Part shown: one piece after another, positions 52,798-64,000 of the stretch
Layout: each line of letters opens with the position of its first letter
Position numbering within the stretch: position 1 is the stretch's first letter
Assembly: GCA_002269645.1 (NCBI GenBank)
Contig: NIVC01003116.1
Span: 1-64,000, forward strand
Direction: 5' to 3'
Length of the DNA: 64,000 nucleotides
Source of the DNA: Macrostomum lignano
Lineage: Eukaryota
Program-made: the position numbers and the translations under genes
Notes under the pieces: generated by a model
Told to the model about the DNA's origin: nothing
The model's input: the letters and a program-made list of their open reading frames with translations, nothing else
The model's database searches: none

Positions 52798-53311
52798 TTT
52801 TGTTTAGCAATTGGAACCTGAGAAATAAAAGCAAAGAGAAGTCATATATTCAGTTGGCAATAGCAGTACTGTGTATAATATTGTATATGTATGTATACGG
52901 ACAATGTAACAAATTTAACTGAAAAATATCAATTACAACAGTAATCAGTTATTACAGTCGCACAGTGCTAAGTGTAAGGTGCATTGCTGCCAAACAATAA
53001 AGCATTATGAATTATTCGCATTTTAGGTATTAAGAACTTTAAAGCAACCGGGACAGCACGACAATTTTTAAGAGTAACCGGATTTTATAAATTTGTAATT
53101 GAACACAACTAGATACTAACAAACTAAAAAATTGAACTATATAAGCATTTTAAACAAAAAATTGAAATGCAAAATGTAAGAAATGATTAGTTAAATTCAC
53201 TGGTTGAGAAGCTGGTTGAGGATTAAGATAGCATTTATCATTTTCTTTAAGCAGTTGAGCATTCAATTCAAGACAGGGCCAATCATATTCAACCCACGAT
53301 TCGAAAATTGT

Positions 53312-53906
53312 CTATGGTCAAAGCACCGTCTATGGTCAAAACACCGACCGTCTATGGTCAAAACACCGGCCGTCTATGGTCAAAACACTGTCTATGGTCA
53401 AAACACCGTCCGTCTATGGTCAAAACACCGGCCGTCTATGGTCAAAACACCGGCCGTCTATGGTCAAAACACCGGCCGTCTATGGTCAAAACACCGGCCG
53501 TCTATGGTCAAAACACCGGCCGTCTATGGTCAAAACACCGGCCGTCTATGGTCAAAACACCGGCCGTCTATGGTCAAAACACCGTCTATGGTCAAAACAC
53601 CGTCTATGGTCAAAACACCGTCTATGGTCAAAACACCGTCTATGGTCAAAGCACCGGTCGTCTATGGTCAAAGCAACGGTCGTCTATGGTCAAAGCACCG
53701 GCCATCTATGGTCAAAACACCGCCTATGGTCAAAGCACCGTCTAGGGTCAAAACACTGTTTTAAATTCTTAAATCCAATGCTCTGCCCAAGCTACAGACC
53801 ATAGACGGTATTTTGACCATAAGCGGTGCTTTGACCATAGATGGCCGGTGCTTTGACCAGACGACCGATGTTTTGATCATAGACGGGCAGTGTTTCGACC
53901 ATAGAC
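53312..53906. mobile_element. Foldback-like structure built from tandem subrepeats
   Basis: Forward array of gtctatggtcaaa(a/g)cacc(ggcc) at 53312-53757, a short spacer, then inverted copies (..ggtgctttgaccatagac..) at 53797-53906. Confidence 0.7.
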
Positions 53907-54489
53907 GAAAGTAGAAACATTGATTGAATATGATTGAGTGTAATCACTCGATCACTCGAATTAAATGATGAATGCTATAAAATAAAAAGTTCCAAGCCGA
54001 TTGCGCTTAGAAGCTCCACAGACCCCTTTTCGGCGAAAGACAATTAAAAACCAGTCTTTAATAGTTTGGTTCACCACTAAGGATTAAAATATGTTGCTCC
54101 TACGCTCAATTGGCTTGGAAAATATGACAACAGTAATTTGTCTACGAGTTAGAAAGCATATCTACAGTAAAAATGAACACTATGCATTAGAACAAGAAAT
54201 ACTACTACTGATACGAGTAGTTAGTATAAATCTTACGCGATTTTTACCATTTACTTAACAAAAGCATTTAAAGGATTAACAATTTTTATTCAACATGCGC
54301 AAAAAATACACAATAGCATGTAAATGTTAACGTTGTTATATGTTTGTCAGTAAAAGCGTATTGACTAAGGAAACGGGAAGGAATGAGGGAGGGTGAGAGG
54401 GAGATAAGAATCACAATGGGACTGGGAGAGAGAGAGGTCCCTACCTACTATTTTTCTTTTTTATTGTATAGACAGCAAGATAAGCAAAA

Positions 54490-60157
<5,668 letters not shown>

Positions 60158-60249
60158 GTCTGGCAGCTGGCTGGAGCGAGCGAATTGATTGCAACTGAAC
60201 AAAATGTTTTAATAGCAAACTGGCAAAAGTAATTTAATTTCCATTTTAA

Positions 60250-60595
60250 AACGGGACTCCATAAAACACGCCCCGCACCGCCCCGAACGCTACACATTAT
60301 AACATTTTTTGTCAATGCAGTATTTGATTGCAAAGAAAAGTATTTGTTGTAAGAGTAATGGAATAAATAAATTCAATTATCATTCTAAATAATAGCATTA
60401 TTATTTTACTAATATTACTATTAATATCGCTTATTATTCACCGAATTGTTTATTTCATAGTGAAAAAACTAAATTCGATACAAACTTGAAGCTTAACAGA
60501 GAACTAACTAACTTTGAAATGTTTCAGTTATAGCCAAATTTGTTATAATGTGTAGCGGTTCGGGGCAGCGCGGGGCGTGTTTTAGGGAGACCCTT
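60250..60595. mobile_element. Non-autonomous TIR element, Kolobok-like (TTAA target, RR..YY ends)
   Basis: TIRs of about 55 bp: aacgggactccataaaacacgccccgcaccgccccgaacgctacacattataaca versus the reverse complement of 60541-60595. TTAA at 60246-60249 and 60596-60599. Confidence 0.7.
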
Positions 60596-60599
60596 TTAA

Positions 60600-61447
60600 A
60601 ACAGCTGCGACTCCCTTTCACAACAGCTTTGGCGCCCATTCACAACAGCTGCGACTCCCCTTCACAACAGCTTTGGCGCCCATTCACAACAGCTGCAGCT
60701 CCCCTTCACAACAGCTTTGGCGCCCATTCACAACAGCTGCAGCTCCCATCTATTCACAACAGCTGTGGCGCCCATTCACAACAGCTGTGGCGCCCATTCA
60801 CAACAGCTGTGGTGCCCATTCACAACAGCTGTGGCGCCCATTCACAACAGCCGTGGTGCCCATTTACAACAGCTGTGGCGCCCATTCACAACAGGTGTGG
60901 TGCCCATTCACAACAGCTGCAGCTCCCCTTCACAACAGCTTTGGCGCCCATTCACAACAGCTGCAGCTCCCATCTATTCACAACAGCTGTGGCGCCCATT
61001 CACAACAGCTGTGGCCTATTTACAACAACTGTGGTGCCCATTCACAACAGCTGTGGCGCCCATTCACAACAGCTGTGGCGCCCATTCACAACAGGTGTGG
61101 CGCCCATTCACAACAGGTGTGGCGCCCATTCACAACAGCTGCAGCTCCCCTTCACAACAGATTTGGCGCCCATTCACAACAGCTGCAGCTCCCATCTATT
61201 CACAACAGCTGTGGCGCCCATTCACAACAGCTGTGGCCTATTTACAACAACTGTGGTGCCCATTCACAACAGCTGTGGCGCCCATTCACAACAGCTGTGG
61301 CGCCCATTCACAACAGGTGTGGTGCCCATTCACAACAGCTGTGGCGCCCATTCACAACAGCTGTGGCGCCCATTCACAACAGGTGTGGTGCCCATTCACA
61401 ACAGCTGTGGCGCCCATTCACAACAGGTGTGGTGCCCATTCACAATA
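60600..61447. repeat. 22-bp minisatellite upstream of LSD1
   Basis: Unit ttcacaacagctgtgg(c/t)gccca. Confidence 0.94.
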
Positions 61448-62199
61448 GCCAGGGCATCCCTAGGTACTGGCCCAATTGATGGTTGCTCCCCAATAAAAAG
61501 TCACAATTACATCCCCAATTAGATAGAATTAAGAATATTGGGATAAGAAAGATTTAGAAATCTCAAATCTTTTTTAATTATTAGAATCCAAGGATTTTAG
61601 GGATTGAAATCCCATTCTATCTACATTGCTCTAAGCACTAAGAAATATAGAAGTTGTGGCCTATGCATTGCTTGCACAATGTAGCTAGCTATATTATAGG
61701 GCCATAAGAATATTGAAATTGCAAAAACTATATAATTGGCTATATATCCAATGAAGTCTAGTATTCATCATAATTAGTAATTTTATTTCGAACTGACATT
61801 TAAATTGGTTTTGAAAAAATAAATTAGACTTTATATATAGAGATAATATAATGAAAGATAAAGATCTTATCTAATTTTTAAAATATCAATACCATTAGCC
61901 ATATAACTAAAAAATCACTTATAGAGTAACTAATTATTTTTATTTTATAGAATTATACAATTAGTTTTATTTTTAAAAATTCAAAAATAAAACTTTATTA
62001 CTTCAGGAATAAAAATTAATCAAGGCAAATCCAAAGCCAAAGGCAATATTAATATGTCCTAATTTTATAATAATGCATTTTCGTAGCAATTCAAGCTATT
62101 ATTAGGATATTAATTTGTGAAATACTAATTTTTAAAGCTTTAAACTAAGTTTAAACTTTTTATTATTGAATTACTAAGGCTAATGTTATAGATAGGGCC

Positions 62200-63330
62200 T
62201 AGTTTATCAAAAGATTTATTTCATTAACTATAGACTCTCTAAAGGCATCCTTGGAAAGCCTTGCAAGTGTTGCCAATGTAGGCTAATGATATAGTGTTCC
62301 ACTCTTCTATCATAGCAGCCTTCAAGAAATCAATATTGCTGTGGCAGATTGCGGACAGCATAGGCCTTGCCCTTAATGTACACCCACACATGCTTGGGCG
62401 CAACCTTTGGATTCACTCGGCCGTTTCTATTGGCAACATACACATGTAAGTCGCTATTGGACGGAATAGTAGTCACGTGACTGCTCTCAGCCAATAGCGA
62501 CTTACATGTGTGTGTTGCCAATAGAAACGGCCGGGTGATTCCCAAAGTTGCGCATGTATGCACCCACACACTGTAATCAAGTGGCAATAGATCTGGCAAC
62601 AATGGCAGCTAGTAAAACTTTGGCTAGAAGTTCATGTTCTACTAATCTGCTCTAGCCATTCTTGTATAACCTTTGATGCATATGCAGGTATTCTATCCTG
62701 TTGAAACACATAATTTCTATCTAGGAAGTTGGCATCAATCCACGGCTTGATTTTGCTAGCAAACATTTATGTACTTTGCTCTACTCAGTTGGTATCTAAT
62801 AGGAAACCATACCAGTGGGCAGATGCAGCCATTTGACACTATGACACCAAGCATCATTACACTTAAAGGGTATTTGGTTGTTGAGATAAACCTGACTGAC
62901 CCTGACTTTGGAACATTCTCTTCAAGCTTGATGAATCTGTCATTGCACAGTTTCAAGCAGGATCTATGTCAAAGCTCTTCTTGTTGCTGAAAATGATGAT
63001 ATGTCTAACAGGGGCTAATTTCAAATTGTTTAGAAGTAGGCTTGCTCTTTCTTAGGTTCTGCTGCATTATGTCAACTAGCAGAGGCCTCTCTTGCACTGC
63101 GAGGGACTTGCCACCAAGCTTTTTCATGTTTCTCAAGTTGGTCAACTTGTGGACATTGAATTCTTGTCTTAGACTCACCACTAAATGCCTTGGATTCTAA
63201 AAAATGGCATCTTGAAACTCAGAATTGCTTACTATTACTGGTCAGCTAGTCTTAGGCTTGTCTTTTAAAGCATCTTCAACTCCTTCATTGACTATTCACT
63301 TAAATTGATATTGTATACTATTCTTTTAGT
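62200..63330 (-). pseudogene. Decayed Tc1/mariner (maT/DD37D-like) transposase
   Basis: Fragments in order: S*P (GRP), IIFSNKK (FSDEK), TTKYPLSVMMLGVIVSNG, KIKPWIDANF..YVFQQDRIPAY, *LPLLPDLLPLDYSVW, LKAAMIEEWN. Interrupted by stops, frameshifts and a MITE. Confidence 0.85.
62391..62554. mobile_element. ~165-bp palindromic MITE inserted in the transposase relic
   Basis: Arms of about 55 bp at 62406-62460 and 62491-62546 are near-perfect inverted repeats, flanked by a duplicated host sequence cacccacaca (~62381 and ~62555). Confidence 0.75.
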
Positions 63331-64000
63331 ACAGTTTACTATTGTCATGACATCCTTGGGTTTAATATCTGTACATAGCAAGGTGGCATTGGCAATCTGG
63401 TGCCTTTTTACATTTATCTTACAATAAAATGGGCAGATTGATCTGAAATGCTAGCCAAAACCTTAGATTATATTGCTCTATAGCTGGCTAAATGGGCTAG
63501 CTGGTAGGCCCTAACATGTATGGTTTTCTATTTATATGCATTTTAAGATCACTGAAAAGACTTTTGCAACACCTAGTACAAAGAATTAAACCTGTTAAAC
63601 TAATGTTTTGTCATAGCTATAAGAGGTCTATAGCTATAAGTTCCTATGGCAAATATGGTAAAATAGGTGCCTATGGTAGCTACGGATACGCCTATGGTAG
63701 CTAGCTAGCTGCTCTTATGGCTACAGCCTAGTTGCTGTCATATTCTGTAGATTCCCATAGCTATAGTTATTTTATTAATTTTAAAAATTAAAAAAATAAC
63801 TAGAAACAGGTAGAGTAAAACAAAGATACTTCAGTAAACTATATTATCAACTTAGAAACTTAGAGAATATACATAATATTAATAAATAACAATAAAACAC
63901 TAGCAAACTCTACTTTTTATTAATATAAAAAAGTTAAGCATTAGTACTTTCAATAGTAATTAAGTATTATTGCTCTGTAAAAAGATAAAATGTATTCTTA

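Overview
Animal (eukaryotic) genomic DNA with GT-AG introns and GC-rich exons. It resembles the flatworm Macrostomum lignano in codon style and minisatellite-filled introns; this is an inference, not a verified assignment. I assembled nine protein-coding genes by hand. Minus strand: glutamine synthetase, WDR77/MEP50, DDX11/ChlR1, Ku70, DNA polymerase beta, mitoribosomal mL63 and LSD1. Plus strand: two tandem paralogous ankyrin-repeat genes whose introns are all phase 0. Most long introns hold their own tandem repeat. Mobile DNA includes a deleted Tc1 element, a decayed maT-type Tc1/mariner transposase, several MITE/foldback elements (one Kolobok-like), two tRNA-derived SINE families and a possible Helitron end. 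The strongest lead is two AT-rich transposon relics (about 21.5-25 kb and 61.5-64 kb). They are almost CpG-free and rich in TA/CTAG, and the decodable transposase shows C-to-T/G-to-A changes in both CpG and CpA/TpG contexts, like fungal RIP. Three conserved genes each carry one apparent lesion: an in-frame TGA in GS, a frame discordance in DDX11 and a missing ATG in mL63. Exon coordinates were read by eye; repeat boundaries are approximate. No database searches were run.
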